The notes below the pieces were generated by a model, which was not told the origin of the DNA, made no database searches, and saw only the letters and a program-made list of their open reading frames with translations. The position numbers and the translations under genes are program-made. Shown here in pieces: positions 26,885-39,810 of a DNA stretch of 64,000 nt. Within the stretch, counting starts at the first letter, position 1; each line of letters starts with the position of its first letter. Source of the stretch: Camelus dromedarius (Eukaryota); the NCBI RefSeq assembly GCF_036321535.1, contig NC_087437.1, forward strand, positions 31,126,001 to 31,190,000, read 5' to 3'.

Positions 26885-29800
26885 AAGAACCAGTTATCTT
26901 GCTAGAAATTGACAAGTGGTTTTGTGAAAATATTAGGGAGCTCTGTTTATTTTAATATTTTATCTGCACAAGGTTTTCTTGAGTTTACTTTATCTCACAT
27001 CATTCTTTGATGCATAACTAAGAAGTTGGAAGGTACCTGGTGAGGCACCTCTATGAAGATTAGAAACTCCAGTTAGATATTCAGCTCATCGAAGAGTTTG
27101 GATTACTAATAAATAACTTACTGGGTACCAGCTGAAAACCTGATGCTAGGAGGCACAGTCAGCAGAGAGAGTACTTGAGTATGCTTATAGTGTCAGTTTA
27201 AATAGGCTTGTGTGGGATAGACTCTTTGGGTTATTTCTATGGTTGAATATGTTTTGAGTTCCAAACAATGGGCTGAAGCCAAAGTCCTGAGATACAAATC
27301 ACTTGTATGTAGGAGTAGGTATGCTTAATTGTCTGATTCTCCTTATTACTAATATTTAAAGTAATTAGCAGAAATATGTGCGGGGTTCTGGGTGCAGTGA
27401 TAAGACAATAGGGTTAAGACCAGGATTAACACCAGGGCTAAAGTTAATGCAGAAACTTAACACAAAAAGTTCTCTGTACTTGCAAGCGGGCAACAAATTA
27501 AGCTTTGAGCTTCTTGGTGACCGGAAGCAAGTGGTAAACATGATTAATTCTAAGAGTCACGGTGTCCAGAAAATGCACTCCATTTGTACTTTAGAGGCAT
27601 TAAACCACTTTAAGGGAATAACTTCTGCTCTGGAAACAGACAGGTGGGAGCAGCCCTGGGGGACAGGCCGTGGGGGCCTCTCTGGGCACCATCTGGGCCT
27701 CCCTGTTTCCTGGCTCACATTTCTCGGCTCTCTTGGTGTGTCTCGTTTGGTCGCCTGGTGCTCTGTACTCTCTTCTTGGTGGCATGGAAGCTGAGTCTTG
27801 GCTGCAGTCTGCCTGGTTCTGAGCTCGCTCTCTCCTCAGAACCCACCTGCAGCTGCTGCCTTGTTCTGACTCCCCCCGACATCACGAGGCCTCTGACCCA
27901 CTCAGAGGTGAGGCTTGTCTGTCTCTCCAAACCCAGTCCCATCTCTTAGGCTCAAACTTCCAACTTAGACAGTTGTACACAAGGGGGTCATTGCCTCTCT
28001 AACATAGAGTTGCCCAAAATAAATATTACTCAACCTTTTCATAGTTATATTTGAATAAGCTATTCGTAATGAAATTTGATACATTTCCAAATATTTTCTT
28101 TGATGATATTTGTTTATGTTGGTAATTCCTTCCTTCCAACCATAAGTGATTAAATTTAGGTGCTATAAAATGATAAGTTCACGGGGCAGGGAGCGGGGAA
28201 CTGGGTGGTAACAAGCCCTCTAATTTGCATTTGTGATTTACTGTTTCTAAATTAGTACAGGTGATCTGTTCTGCTGGAACTGTATGTGCCTTGGAAGAGG
28301 AAGGAAGGAGGGAAGTTCTAGGAGTACAGTAATTGCTTTGAATATTTGGGCATATATTTTAATACTGGCAGAAATACGGAAACATGTTTGCCCCCGGATA
28401 GAGTAGCTGTCAGTATTCCCACATTGCTGATGGCTTTTGCCCATCTGGTCACATTCCTTGGGTCTGGGCCTGGGAGGGGTGTCCTTTCCCACTTATGGGT
28501 GGCCTCAGAGGATGATGGAGTAGAGAATCCCCACCCCCATTCGGTGGGTGGATTAATATTGATGAAGAAAATTTATTCGTATGTATTAAATATAAACGTA
28601 TAGTCAAACAGCAAGAAGGAGCCTAAAATTTCCATAGGTGTGCTCTTTGAGAGTAGATGTCCTATGAAATTAAAATTTAGGTTGCTAACTATATTTTAAA
28701 CCTGTCTGTAAAGATTTATAAAGTTTGCTGGATCTAATTATATTGTAGGTAAAACCCTGCTGAGTGTCTGTCAAAATCCTTGTTAGTCAAAGCTGTGTTG
28801 GAGACTGAGAGCTTGCATTTTTCATGCAGCCTTCTTTGGAAGGAAGTTGCCGTCTGTTCTTGACTGCTCCACATACCTCTCTGCCCCGGCCAACTCTGGT
28901 GACAGTTCTAGCTTCCTCATTACTGGTGAGTTGGGCCTTTTTCCTGGGCTCTGATGACCCCCAGGAAATGGAAAGTTCTTACATGCTGAGCATGGTAGAT
29001 GAGAAGCCCCTGGCTGCCCCTGGAAAGGGCATCATTGAGCCACAGCCCCAAGGACACTTTGCATCAGCATCTTCTGTGCCGGAGTCATGAGTCCATGCAG
29101 AAAACAGTGTGATATGGCTCTGTCTCCTAGTACAATGCTTAATCTTATTCATATCAGAACTGAATCACTGGACTGAAAGTGTGTCTTTTACTTCTTATTG
29201 GTCTATTTTCCTCCCTGTTTTCCCGCTGGGTGGGAAGAGGGGCAATACTGCGTACAGTTGATAAGCCAACACTTTTATCCTTTGGTTGTTTATTCTTTTG
29301 TTGTTTCAAATTCCACCTAAATCTACAGGACAAAGGCATGGCTAATGGATTTGTCTTTGACAGCACTCTATTTCCAGAGGCTGATATCCTTGGGTTGAAA
29401 GACAATATGAGTATGGCATACAGTATATTTCCTCTTCCGTCAATATATGGAGTTATGGAGGCTGTCTTCAAAACAACTGTTCTCCAGAATCGGCAAATAG
29501 ATTAGAAGTGCCTTTGGGCTCACTTCAGATATATGGGGAAAAATACTCAGGGCCCTGGTGATAGGTGGCTGTGAAAAGCTAAGTGCCCAAGATGTATTAC
29601 TTACTGTGCTCCCCATCCTCGTCCCCTAAGTACTCAGGAAAGACACCTGTCTCAATGCAGGAGCTTGGTTGGGAATTTATGGCAGAAGAGGAGCTGCAGT
29701 TTCCCAACACTCATCATTTTATAAGCTTTCCTGTCCTGCCTACTGGGTTTTCTGAACAAGAAATTGCACCCATCAGTCACTGCATGTCTGAATTTGGTTA

Positions 29801-30619
29801 AATGACCCCAGGCCACCCTTCCTAACACAGCCTAAACCCCAAACTAATGAGAATCAAAATTGTGCAGGGAGCAAAGCTTATCTGGTGAGGGACAGCCAAG
29901 AAAAGGCCAAGTTAACAGGTTATTGAATGGTTTATGTTCTCAGAGCACTGATGGAGCAGTAATATTTGGCCCAGCTCATAACTGTAATTAAATACTTGTG
30001 TGTTGTTGCAGACACAGAGAAGACACAGAAAAGGCAGGTTGCTGTGGCACGCTTTTATTTATAAACTCCAGCTTATTTCAGTTTAAAGGAGTTCAAGATC
30101 ATCAATTGATCATTTTGGTTTTTTTTAATCGTGTTATCTTACAAAATGGAGGTTGTTCTACCAAGACACTGGACTGGAACGAGATGTATGGCTGGTGCTG
30201 CTTGCAGGTGTGCTTGGGTAACTATGCCCTCCCACCGGCTCCTCTGGGCTGCACCCCGTGCTGATGGGCTGTTGGCCATCTTTGGCATCGATCAGCTCTG
30301 CCTCAGCTCTAGCCCTGGGCTTACTGGGAGCAGCAGAGTCAAGTGCTACTAACTGGGAGAGCAAGAAGCCAGACTCAACCTAGCCCACAAAAGGTTGGCT
30401 TGTTGTGAAAACGCTCAGGTTTTAGCAGCTTCCAACCCAGGACACTCAGATGGTTGCCATTTCACATCCATATGCCCACCCTTTTCCTTGCTACAGGAAC
30501 CCTGATTTTTCTTCTTTCTTCCAAGCAGCCATGTGTTTAAGGGGAGGCTTAGCTTCTTCCCTGCACTTGAGGGTGAACCTTGATTTGTCTGAGTTGTGTT
30601 CTCCATGTGTGAACTCGCA

Positions 30620-30766
30620 GCATCGACATCAGTTTGTTAGAGATATAAGTCCTTAGGCCCCACTCCAGAACTACTGAATTGGGAATTCTGGGTAGGGGGA
30701 CCAGCAATCTGTTTTCACAAGCCTTCTAGGTGATTCTAACACCCACTCAAGTTTGAGAACCACTGG
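30620..30766. mobile_element. MER5A-like DNA transposon
   Basis: ggccccactccagaactactgaatt..aggtgattctaacacccactcaagtttgagaaccactg. Confidence 0.75.
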
Positions 30767-30869
30767 TCTAAGCCAAATGTGGCATCTTATGCCCTGGCTG
30801 CATAATCAGGTGTGGGCATGTGATGCATTCCCTGTCCATGAGATGTGAGTGGAAACTGAGGCTTCTTTA

Positions 30870-31090
30870 GTTAGTTAGTTTGTTTAAAAAATTTTTATAT
30901 TGAAATATAGTCAGTTTACAATGTTAATTTCAGGTGTATAGCATAGTGATTCAGTTATACATGTTCCTTTTCGTACTTTTCTTCATTATAGGCTATTATA
31001 AGGTATTGAATACAGTTCCCTGTGTTACACAGTGGGACCTTGTTGTTTATCTATTTTATATGCGGTGGTTAGTATCTGCAAATCCTGAAA
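30870..31090 (-). mobile_element. LINE-1 3'-terminal fragment
   Basis: attgaaatatagtcagtttacaatg..gtgattcagttatac..agttccctgtgttacacagt, similar to 42280-42540. Confidence 0.85.
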
Positions 31091-31454
31091 ATACTCTGTT
31101 TTAGCATGCATGTCTTATTCTCAAGAAGACTAAGATAATCTGGGAACACTGCTGGATGCCTGTACCTGGCCCCAGCCCTCTAGGCAGCTCCAGGCCTACA
31201 AGTTTGTTTCCAGTATCTTTCTTCAGATTTAATCAGTTTAAGGAAATGCCAGTGAGTTGGCAGAAATTATGGAACTGAGGCTTCTTTAAACAGGCAGATA
31301 TGTTCTCCTTTTCCCCTGCCTCTGCATTGATGTGCAAGGGTACAGTGCCTTCTGCAGCCAGTGAACTTATGATTTTCATTTAACAAGAGTTGTTTATGAA
31401 GAGGCTTGACACATAATTGCCATTACTACTTTGAAAAACATACAATGTTAAAAA

Positions 31455-31800
31455 TAAAGGATGAAATAATGCCATTTGCAGCAACGTGGAGGACCTAGAG
31501 ATGATCATACTAAGTGAAGTCAGTCAGACAGAGAAAGACAAATATCATATGATGTCACTTATATGTGGAACCTAAAAAAAGGACACAAATGAACTTATTT
31601 ACAAAACAGAAAAAGACTTACAGACATAGAAAACATACTTATGGTTACCAAAGGGGAAAGGAGGGGAGAGGATAAATTAGGAGTTTGGGATTAACAGATA
31701 TAAACTACTATATACAAAATAGGTAAACAACAAGGACCACCTATATAGCACATGGAAATATATTCAATAGCTTGTAAAAACCTATAATGAAAAAGAATAC

Positions 31801-31847
<47 letters not shown>

Positions 31848-31941
31848 CACATACATATATACATATAACTGAATCACTTTGCTCTACACCAGAAACTAAC
31901 ACAATGTTGTAAATCAATTAAACTTCAATTAAAAAAAAAAA
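31455..31941 (+). mobile_element. LINE-1 3' end with internal TA/CA microsatellite and poly-A
   Basis: gaaataatgccatttgcagcaacgtgga..ctaagtgaagtcagtcagacagagaaagacaaatatcatatg..ttcaattaaaaaaaaaa. Confidence 0.9.
31800..31867. repeat. Compound TA/CA microsatellite within L1 3' UTR
   Basis: Direct reading. Confidence 0.9.
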
Positions 31942-33329
31942 GCAAGGAGGCACTAAATAGATTCTGTGAAGAATTTATTTGGAATATTCTGGCTGGGTGA
32001 GGCTTTATTTTGCTGCCTGTCCTTAGTGGACCTTACCTCAGTCAACCCAGAACTGGATGATACACTGATGTCAGCTCAAGGCCAGGCACTGGCTGCGGGG
32101 ATGGGGCTGTTTGTTCACTCCAGCAGATTCCTTGCCAAATGCTCTGTGTCCCAAGGAGAGCAGTTTCTTGGTGCGGTTGAGAGTGGCTATTTGGATACTA
32201 CTTGGCTCATCTGCATTAAAGCAAAGAGGGTCCCCAGAGTTGTATTCAGAGCTACTCAGTGGCCACTGCTCAGACCAAGAGCGTGTTTGCAGAGCTCAGC
32301 CCCTTTGTATCAAGGACTGTTTGCTATTCTTCCCAGGCTTATGTGAAGTCTCAGTGTGGACTCCTCAGAAGGGCTTCCTAGTATTTGATATTTCGTTACA
32401 AAGGCTCCCACGGAAAATGTGACCTTTCAGTTGGCTCTGTTTTCTTAACTGAGCCCTAAAGCAGGTGCAGCATTAGTTGCTAAGAGCTGGGCTGGGGCCT
32501 TTGGCTTCCTTTCCATCTCAGTTCGAGAGGTAACTTGGCAATGGTGGATCTGATTTCCCACAAACTCCTTTTCGTCCCCCAGTCTTCTGGAACATCCAAA
32601 TCCAAAGCATTTCCTGATTTGGCCTTTGGGGATAGGTAATGTAGCCTATAATGGATGCAGACGGATTTTTTCTTTTCATTTTTAATACCAATTGCCCTGG
32701 TAGAAAGGCAACTGCTGTGAGTCACGATGGCAGGACATGGAGATTAATTAGCAGGCTCCCTCTGTTTCCCCTGCCGAGTTGACTGTGTGGGCCCCCTCTC
32801 TGTACACGCACTGATTTGTGGAACATTCCGCCGATTAGTTGGAAGGCCTTTTAGCAACGGTGGCCTATCTGCCCCGGTATGACTATTTATAGGCCACTTT
32901 ATTCTAACAAACCACTTTCATTCTAGCTCCTTCGTCTGGTTGGTATTGAACTATTTCCATTATCCACGAGGGTGCTGTGAGCCAAATTTTATTTACAGTT
33001 TGAGGCCATTAGTATCATTGGTGGAAGGGATTTAATGTGGTGCATTAGGGATGAATGCACTATAGGTTTCACAGTCACAGAAACAAATTGGGCACAGATA
33101 CGAGGCAGTGAGATAGAGTAGCTATAGATGGTGATGCTCAAGATAAATCCACAAAAAATATATGTAATAGTCATCCTGACCAGACATGGCACCCATCAGA
33201 GTCCCTATTACCTCCTGAATAGAGTTAAGTAAGCTGGTATTTAAGATTCTCCATGATTTGACCCCAAACCTCTATCCTGCTCCATCTCCCTTTGACAGCC
33301 TCTTTCATCACCCCATCCAACTGGACCTC

Positions 33330-33745
33330 ACTATCCCCTCTAGTCTACATCATGCTTCCATGTCTCTGTTCACACTTGACCCTAACTGGAGGTGCCCTTG
33401 TCTTAATCTGTCTAATAGTGGGCTTCTGTGCCTTCTAACAGTATCTTGCTCATTTTTCAAAGTCCAGAGCCAACATCACCTCCTCCATGCAGCCTTCTCT
33501 GATTTATCACAGTCAGAATGAATCTCTGTTTGGCACACCCTTCAGAATTACCTGAGCCTCTTTTAGCATGTATTTTATTCTGCCTTGTATTGTGGTTGGC
33601 TGTTTTTCTGTCTATCTTACTAGAATTTAAACTGCTTAAATGAAAGACAGATCTCTTATTTATCTCAGAATATTCCTTCTGTTCCCAGCCCCTAGAACAG
33701 TGCCCAGCATGGGGTAGAATTCAGTAAATATTTGTTTAATAAATG
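33330..33745 (+). mobile_element. LINE-2 3' end
   Basis: catcacctcctccatgcagccttctctga..tagaacagtgcccagcat..cagtaaatatttgtttaataaat. Confidence 0.65.
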
Positions 33746-34399
33746 GGAGAGTAATATGACTCCCAAATTAGATTCTCCCTAGACAAAGGTAGACAAAGAG
33801 AAGCCTTAGTTGGACTATTGAGTTTGAATAATTTTAGTGAATTTGTTTATGTCTGTAGGTTTTGATGGATTAATTTGAAGTTAAAAAATGAAAATGCATT
33901 ATGTTTCCAGTACCAATTGTATTCCTGTTTTAATCTCAAATGCAAAGCCATGCTCCCAGAAACTTGACCTTTCTTTTCAGTATTTTTCACTTCCTACTTT
34001 TCAAACATAATATTTCTTCACATTTTGATTAAAATTAGGCATGTAATGGAAGAATGGAAGTATTCTATTCAACTATCTCTTAGAAAATGCCTGAAGGATG
34101 ATGCAATGCAGCCATCATGGCTTGTGCCACTTTAAACAGACCACTCAAGACTGTCCTCCCTCTCCAAGGTCTCTGTGCACTTAGTGGAGGAGGTAGTTTG
34201 GCATTTTGTGGTACCCTCAGACAGGGAAAGCTAGCTCCACTGGCAGGAGTGGATGCTCATTATCTGGTCAGGCATTGTCTTTGTTCTCTGCCAAAAGCAG
34301 GACCAGATCAGACTGCTGCAGTATCAGTGGGCTGTGATGTATTGATATTTTTACATACCTGAAGGAAAATGTAGCTTAGGTACATTTTGCCCCCAAATG

Positions 34400-34860
34400 T
34401 GTGTTGAATAATTTCCATTTACCGCTCCATGGCCATGCCCTACCCTTTTCTACTCCACTTTGTACCCCTAGGAGGCTGCTGTCTGCTCCTGTAGCCTCTG
34501 GTGTCCAGTTGGGTTCAGCCAATTGGCAGGAGATTGGGGGCGAGAGATATTTATTCCCTGAGCTCCTTCCCGTGGGCTAGCCATTTTTCTCTATCCTGAG
34601 TTAGGGTCACAGATTCTGCAAGGTGGCCCTCACTCAGCTCCCTCTGTCTCTAGTTTCTTGTAACCATTCCTTCTAATTACCCCTTCAGGCCAAGGGGTGG
34701 TAACAGACCCAGCTGTTACTCAGCCGGAAGCACCGTGGGCTAGGGCTATACTCCCTTTAAGGACCATTCCTTTCAGACCTTGTCAGGAGTCTCTGTAGTA
34801 GACTCTCCTCAGGTGACCTGTGAGTGTACCGTCCTTTTCCTGCTGGACCTGACTGAATTG
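34400..34860. mobile_element. Old ERVL-type LTR (LTR16-like)
   Basis: cctctggtgtccagttgggttcagccaattggcaggagattgg and cccttcaggccaaggggtggtaacag motifs. Confidence 0.55.
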
Positions 34861-35202
34861 CCGTGTCATATCAGACTAGCCTGGGTGTTCCAGATTTGGT
34901 TTCATTTTTGAATCTCCTTCCCCTTGTCAAAATCAGGTGCCCAAGCCCTTAGTGGGACAGATATTGGGCAGTGGGTGAGGGATGGAGCAGAATGCATGAA
35001 GCTCTCCACTTGGAAACTTCCTTTAAAAATCCAAACAAAGCAACTGAAAGAGAATTAAAAAAAAAAAAAAAAAGGAATTGTAGAAACCTAAAATTAGAAA
35101 GGACCTCAGCCGTTGTTTGGGGAGGGATCTGGTCCACACCTAGAACTGCATTTTATAGCTTCCGCATCTACAACATCCTTACGGAAAAAAGAAGTTCGAA
35201 GC

Positions 35203-35380
35203 TCTAGTCTCTTCCTCTTCTTATAAGGATGCTAACCCCATCACAGGAACCCCATCCTCATGGCCTCATCTAAACCTAATTACCTCCCAAAGGCCCTACC
35301 TTCAGATACCATCACACTGGCTGTTAGAGTGTTAACATGTGGATTTCACAGGTCGGGGCACAAACATTCAGTCCGTAACA
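35203..35380 (-). mobile_element. MaLR (MST/MLT1A-like) LTR fragment
   Basis: ttcttataagga..cctaattacctcccaaaggcc..acaaacattcagtccgtaaca. Confidence 0.75.
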
Positions 35381-37939
35381 GTGCCTGCCATGAAGACAGC
35401 ATCCCATGGTGGCGGAGTGTGAGAGCCGTGCTTGGCCTGGGTGCATCACATGGATCGTGACTGGCTGGTGCGGTCAGGTTCTTTTTCTCAGGGAATTTGA
35501 ATATGGGTTTTATAATTAGTCAGCCTGTAGTTCCAGCAGCCGTGGGAGCAGAGACCAAGTAGCTGAGTCACCGTAGCATGGAGCAGGAAAGAGCAGACGC
35601 TGCCTGCTGAGGGAGGCTGCTGGAGGTGGGCCTCTAGAGAATATGATCTCTCTGTTGACCTTCCAGTTCATGCCCTGGCAGGTCCTTTCCTTAGAATAGC
35701 CCTAGATGGCTTTAGGCTTAATTAGCTACATATCCAGAAGAAAGTTTCTCTTTTCCAGTAGAAGTCCAAGTTTTGAGTATTCTTGAACTGCAGGGTCACA
35801 TGGCCATCCTGAGTCAATCACTGTGACTTGGGTGATGTTACTGACTCATTGTTGGGGCCAGGTCACCTGCCCACACCAAGAGCCTGGGAGTGGGGTCTGT
35901 CCCACTGGAAACAGAGGATGCTGTGATCAGAAGAAAAGAGAAGGGATGCTGGACTTGCCAAAAGAACAAACCCACATCATGGAAGCGCATTTCAGTTTCT
36001 TAACCCCTGAAAGAACCCATGAACATGGCTACCAATCTGAGAAGTAAATCCTCTTTTTTCTCTGTCAAGTGCTGACATCCGGTCCTGTGGTCACAATGGA
36101 AGTACTTGCAATGACGGCAAGCTTACTAGATCTCCAGGTGGGCAGCTTGATGTGCACTGAACGGCCCACCTTGTCAGTCCTTCCTTCCCCTGTGCCCCAA
36201 CCTGCCCACTGCCACTTCTCTGTCCTGCTTCTGTCCTACGGAACAATGTTCCCTAATGTCCTCCCTGCTCCACATGACAGCCTTTTGAATTCAGAAGACA
36301 GTTGACAATTAAGAATGATTACAGGGAAATGAAAATCAGGCAATCATTTGCTGGAAGGAACATATTTTCTCATTTACCTACATGTAACATTAAATAACTC
36401 ACTCCTACTCAATTAAAAAAAAAAACCAAAACCCAAGCCAAAAACATTAGGAATCCAAATATCCTCTCCCCTTCCCCCACGTGAAAGCTTTGCTAACAAA
36501 CAACCATACTGCTATAAATAATGTGTCCTGCGGCTGAGTGCCGCTGAGCGAGCGAGCACTGGGCCTGAATAATAGTGTTAGCTGTGGGATGGCAAATCCC
36601 TCTCTGCATGTGGAACAGCCATTCATACAGACAATCCAGGCTGACTAGCGGGAAATGGAATGACTCTGCTTCCAATTGGTTTTTGTTTAACGATATCTCA
36701 CTTCCAAATGTCACTTAAATAGTTGCAAATGGCTTAATTGATCTGTAAATGAACCTAGAAACACCTGCGGTGGAAACCAAAGCACCTCTTGGGATCTAGT
36801 GACTCAGAGTGCTCACTGCAGGAGCAAACCGCTTCAACACCCCGCCTGGGGCTCCTGCTGCTACAGGGTTTGCCTAAGGCTCCGAGTGAGAAGATTTCAG
36901 GGACAAGAAGATAGTGCCCCAGCTTTTGTCTCTGGCAACTTGTCCATCTGCTCAGCCTCTGCTGCTTCTCCGCCTTTAAGAAGACGTGAGTCAGCCTCTG
37001 ATAGGCAAGGAGACAACCTAATCTGATAAAGTGAGGTCCCTTTAAACCCAGAAGAGTTGGCCACAGTGGGACACAGAATGGTCTCCTTGGCAGGTCAGCC
37101 CAGGAGGCTGGAGGTCAGGATCAGACCCCGGGTCACTGGGAGCCTTTCACATCCTGTGAATGTCCATCAATGGTCAGAAAAAAGTAGTTTTTACACTGTC
37201 CTTGTCTGGTTCTAAAGCCCCTAGGTCTGCTAAGGGCAGGAAGAGGCCTGAAAATTTAAGGTAGCTCATCCATTTCCCAAATAAGAGCTTTGGGTAAACA
37301 TTTAGCTAGTTTAGAGCTGGTCTTCATGCCATTCTCCAGGCTCCTACTGCTCTCCTCTGAATTGTCCCTTGACCACCTGTTGCCTGTGTGTCTCAGAGCT
37401 GTCTGACCGGGTCTCTGGGAACATTGTGCTGCACCCCGCGTCTCTGACTGCAAACCTTGCACTGCCTGGGTTTGCAGCTCTGTGCTCTGTGACCTCCTGT
37501 TTGCCCTGAAGGCCCTGATGATCCTTGGTTATCTTGTTGCCTCTTTCTACAACGTGGGTGTCTCTGTGAGGCTGCCTCTGGCCCCAGCCTCCACCGCTGC
37601 TGCTCTGCCATCCCTGCATGCCGCTCCAGGCCCAGGGCCATGCCCCATGTGGGACTTCTTTGGGATGCTTTGGACTCTCCTTCAACGTAGGGAGGGTTAC
37701 CAGTATCTCAGCCCTGGGATGGAGGAAGCGCACTCTTCTGCAGAACCCCACAGCAACTAAACTCACTGTTTTCCTGATCCTGCTTGAAACTCTTCTCAGA
37801 GACTTCCCAGACCTCTGACCTCTGACTACTATGACTTGTAATAAGTTCAGTGTTCTGACCTCCAATTTTTGCCTTTGATATAGAAAGGGAAGTCTGGAGC
37901 CTAAAAGAAACACACCTCTCTCAGCAAAGTCAGGCTTTG

Positions 37940-39810
37940 TTTTTTTGTTTTTTAACAGCTTTATTGAAATATAATTTGTATACCATATAATTCAAACAAA
38001 ATAAATCATTTTACTCAATAATTTCAGTGAATTTGTAAAATTGTACATAATAAAAATTCAGCTTTAGAACATTCCCATAACCTAAAAATTTTTTTCGTGC
38101 CTATTTGTAGTTAATCCCTGTTCCCATTCCCAGTCCCAGGCAACCACTGATCTGTTTTGTCTCTATAAATGTGCCTTTCTAGACCTGTCATAAAAATAGA
38201 ATTTCATGATGTGTAGCCTTTTTGTCTAGCTTCTTTCACTTATCTTCATGTTTTTGAGGTTGATTTAGGTTATTGCACTTATCAGTAGTCCCTTGTGATT
38301 GCTGAATAGAATTACATAAATACAACACATTTTGTTTATCCACTTACCATTTGATGGACATTTGGATCATTTTCTGGTTTCAGTTATTATGAATAACGCT
38401 CTTAGGAACATTCATGTTCATGTCTCTATGTGGCCATATGTTTTCATACCTAAAAGTAGAACTCCTTGGTCATATGGTAAATTTGTGCTTAACTGTTTAT
38501 GAAACTACCAAACTTTTTTCCATAGTGACTGTACCATTTGACATTCTCACCAGGAACGCACGAGGGTTCCAGTTTCTCCACATAATCACTAACTCTTGGT
38601 ATTATATAGCTTTAAAAATATGATAGCCATTCTAGTGGCTGTATAGGAGTGTCTCATTGTGGGGTTTTTTGTGCGTTTCCTTAATGACTAATGAGATTGA
38701 GCTTGTTTTCATGTGCTGGTTAGCCTTTCATATATCTGTCATATTTCACTTGGTGAAATGTTTATTAAAATCTTTCACCCATGTTTTTAAATTGGGTTGT
38801 AAATCCTTCTATTCAGTTATTTGCGTTCTTTATTTTCTGGATACAAATCCTGATTATATGATTTGCAAAATTTTTAAATCAGTCAATGGCTTATCTTTAC
38901 ATTACCTAATGATATGTTGTTAAGTGAAATGGTTTTTATTTTTAGGAAGTCCTATTTATATTTTTTCCTTTTATGGATTGTGCTTTTGGTGTCATATCTT
39001 TGCCAAACCCAAGTTCACAGAGATTTCTCCTATGTTTTCTTATAGATGATTCAGTTTTAACTCTCAAATTTAGGTCTATGACCCATTTGGAGTTGATTTT
39101 TGTATAGGGTGTGAGGTAAGGGTCTGAGTTCTTTTTCTGTTTTTTGCTTGTGCATATCCAACTGTACTAGCATCATTTTTTGAAAAGACTGTCCTTTCTC
39201 AATTGAATTGTTTTGGACACAGTTGTTGAAAATCAATCGACCATAAGTGTAAGGGCTTACTTCTGAACTCTAAGTTCTCTTTTGTTAATCTGTATGCCTA
39301 TTCTTTGCCAATATCACACTCTTGTGATTACTGTAGCTTCATAGTAAGTTTTGAAGTCAGATACTGTAAGTCCCCTAATGTAGCTCTTCTTATTCAAAAT
39401 GTTTGGCTACTTAAGTTTTCTGCATTTCTATATAAATTTTAGGATAAGCTTGTCATTTTTTACAGGAAATCTGAGATTTTTTACAGGGATTTTATTGAAT
39501 TTCAGTTTGGGGAGAATTGCCATCTTGGGATGATGATGAACATGAACATTATTTAGATGTTTGATTTCTCAGCAATATTATAATATTCAGTATACAAGAC
39601 TTGTACTTTTGTTAAATTTATTTCTAACTTTTTAATTCTCTCTGATATTGGAAATAAATTTTTTTTCTCAATTTCGCATTCATTCTAGTTTATAGTTCAT
39701 TGCTAGTTTATAGAAATAAAATAGATTTATGTATATTGATCTTATGTTCTGTGACCTTGTTAAATTCATTTAGTATTTCTAGTACTTTTTTGTTGATTTC
39801 CTTTCTGTTA
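37940..39810 (-). mobile_element. Ancient LINE-1 (L1M-type) 3' portion
   Basis: aacagctttattgaaatataatt terminus, then degraded ORF2-antisense motifs (gatggacatttgg, gcatcatttttgaaaagactgtccttt, ctgtagcttcatagtaagttttgaagtcag). Confidence 0.85.

Noticed and set aside
29179..29505. 108-aa ORF with an internal acceptor-like ctacag
   Set aside because: Resembles neither KCNAB1 nor any protein I recognise, and I found no convincing donor.
37344..37913. 189-aa minus-strand ORF
   Set aside because: No recognisable homology and a composition typical of non-coding sequence.
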